DNA from: Lama glama
Taxonomy: Eukaryota
DNA length: 64,000 bases
Assembly (NCBI GenBank): GCA_028534125.1
Contig: CM052817.1
Span: 49,602,001-49,666,000 of the forward strand
Reading direction: 5' to 3'
In this document: positions 62,241-64,000 of the stretch, in pieces
Layout of the letters: each line of letters starts with the position of its first letter
Position numbering within the stretch: position 1 is the stretch's first letter
Made by a program: the position numbers and the translations under genes
Notes under the pieces: model-generated
The model's input: only the letters and a program-made list of their open reading frames with translations
The model's database searches: none
Told to the model about the DNA's origin: nothing

Positions 62241-63144
62241 TTAGAGTAGATCTTTCAATATTTCTTTCAGCATGTGTTGCTAAAACTCTTTTAGTTTTTG
62301 TTTGTCTGTGAAATTCTTTATCTCTCCTTCTATCCTAAAGGATAGCCTTGCTGGATAAAGTATCCTAAGCTGCATCTTTTTTTCATTGAGGACTTTGAAT
62401 ATATCTTGCCACTCCCTTCTGGCCTGTAGTGTTTGTGTAGAGAAATCAGCTGAGAGCCTTATGGGGGTTCCCTTGTAACTCACTCTTTGCTTTTCTCTTG
62501 CTACCTTTAGGATCATTTCTTTATCCATGACTACTCTGGCCATCTTGATTATGATATGTCTTGGTGTGGGTCTGTTTTGGTTCTTCCTATTTGGGACCCT
62601 TTGAACTTCCTGTACTTGGATATCTGATTCCTTCTTTAAGTTTGGGAAGTTTTCAGTCATGATTTCTTCAAAAACTTTTTCAATTCCCTTTGATCTTTCT
62701 TCCCCTTCTGGGACCCCTATTATTCACACACCTATTATTGACACACTTTATATTATCCCATAGGTCCCTTATGTTGCATTCATTTGTTTTGATTTGTTTA
62801 TCTTGCAGTTGTTCTGATTGGGTGCTTTCTGTTGTCCTGTCTTCTAGGTAACTAATTCGTTCCTCTGCATTATCTAGTCTGCTTTGCACAGCCTTTAGAT
62901 CCGTTCTCATCCCAGTCAATGAGTTTACCAGTTCTACTTGGTTCTTTATAGCTTCGATTTCATTTTTGACATATTTTATATCTCTAAACACTATCTCTTT
63001 TAGTTCCTTCAGTACTTTGATTGCTCCTTTTTTTAAATCTTGATCTAGTAGGTTATCGATATCTATTTCACTGATCATTGTTTCAGGGGATTTCTCTTGG
63101 TCTTTTAATTGGGAATGGTTTCTCTGCTTCTTCATCTTGCTCAT
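62241..63144 (-). pseudogene. L1 ORF1p (coiled coil + RRM + CTD), frameshifted
   Basis: ORFs 62680..63144 (…RLDNAEERISYLED…IRDLWDNIK) and 62280..62660 (ENFPNL…TPRHIIIKM…YKGTPIRLSADFS…ARREW…YPARLSF) carry hallmark ORF1p motifs; frameshifts near 62730 and 62280; natural stop after LKEILKDLL at 62243-62241. Confidence 0.92.
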
Positions 63145-63264
63145 ATCTCTCTGGCACTCTGGCTTACAGAGTATCAGTTATTTATTGTGGTCCTTAAAGG
63201 AGTTTATTTATTTATCTATCTAATGCCTATGTAGGAATAAAAGTTAAAAAATTAAAAAAAGAGA

Positions 63265-64000
63265 GAGAAAGAGAATTTTAAAAGAAGGGAGAAAAAAGTT
63301 TTGAAAACAGTGTATAATAATTATAGAGGTGTAATTTGAATCAGACTAGCATTCAAGTTGAGACGTCTTTTTTAAAAACCCTTTAAAAAAAAGGAAAAAA
63401 GATCATAAAACGGTATTTGAAACCTATTTATAATCAATAACAGGAGATCAAAACCAAAAGAAATAAAAATGAAATCAGGTGGATTTTTAAACAAATAGTA
63501 ATATAAATACTTTAAAAGAAAAATTTAAAAGGAATTAAAACTAGAAGCATATACAATTGTTTATAAAGAAAATTTTAAAAAGGAATTAAAACTAGAAGCA
63601 TATACAATTGTTTAGAAAGTAGAAATTTAAAAAGTAATAAAAAGTAGAACAGGTAGAAAAAGATATAAAGAGGGAATTTTGAAAAATGGGAGAAAAAAAG
63701 GTTTGAAAACAGTGTATAATGAATAATTGAAGAGCAAGTTGAAGCAGAATAGCAATCGGGCTGCAACGTCTCTTAAAAACCTTTAAAAAAGGAGAAAAGA
63801 GGAAAAAGATATTTGTAACCTGTGTATAATCAATAACAGGAGATCAAAACCAAGAGAGATAAAAATGACATGACATGGATTTTTTAAAATAATATTTTTT
63901 AAGAGAAAAATTTAAAAGGGATTAAAGCTGAGAGAATATGTAATTGTTTAAAAGGTAAAAATTTAAAAAGTAATGGAAAATACAACAGGTAAAAACAGAT
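63265..64000. repeat. A-rich tandem repeat (~400-bp period) in the L1 5' region, with an internal 51-bp duplication
   Basis: ttgaaaacagtgtataat at 63301 and 63703; tataatcaataacaggagatcaaaacc at 63429 and 63825; ggaattaaaactagaagcatatacaattgttta at 63531 and 63582. Confidence 0.85.

Larger units (their letters stand above)
61080..64000 (-). mobile_element. Relatively young LINE-1 (antisense): 5'UTR repeats, ORF1, short spacer, ORF2 C-terminus and 3'UTR; most of ORF2 missing
   Basis: Poly(T) and L1 3'UTR at 61080-61537; ORF2 end PLWKTVWRFLKRLGIDLPYD at 62099-62040; ORF1 at 63144-62241; element runs off the window edge. Confidence 0.88.

Noticed and set aside
63265..64000. Regularly spaced repeats as a CRISPR-like array or prokaryotic system
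   Set aside because: Eukaryotic context; the units are long diverged tandem copies without unique spacers. No rRNA, tRNA, CRISPR or operon-like features were seen anywhere in the window.

Overview
AT-rich mammalian genomic DNA, probably a laurasiatherian/artiodactyl; the young L1 type and the lack of recognisable young SINEs hint at a camelid, which is inference only. The window holds one complete, apparently intact protein-coding gene on the + strand, TMPRSS11F (HAT-like type II transmembrane serine protease). It has 10 coding exons from 4125 to 53280, all with GT-AG introns and matching phases, giving 1314 nt = 437 aa + stop. The protein shows a cytoplasmic tail, TM helix, SEA domain, R|IVQG activation site and intact His/Asp/Ser triad. 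The rest is intron or intergenic DNA rich in transposon fossils: a near-full-length Tigger1 nested in an old L1, several L1 3' ends (one with a 17-bp TSD), MaLR solo LTRs with TSDs, MIR/L2 remnants, MADE2, MER20 and microsatellites, plus a 500-N assembly gap. I see no convincing new biological system. The most unusual item is an L1 at the right edge in which ORF1 joins directly to the end of ORF2 at a splice-compatible junction (half-L1 or spliced-L1 like). Other candidates are an in-frame alternative first exon, a uORF and an old local duplication. Repeat family names and human comparisons come from memory of consensus sequences, not from searches, and repeat boundaries are approximate unless a TSD or TIR is given.
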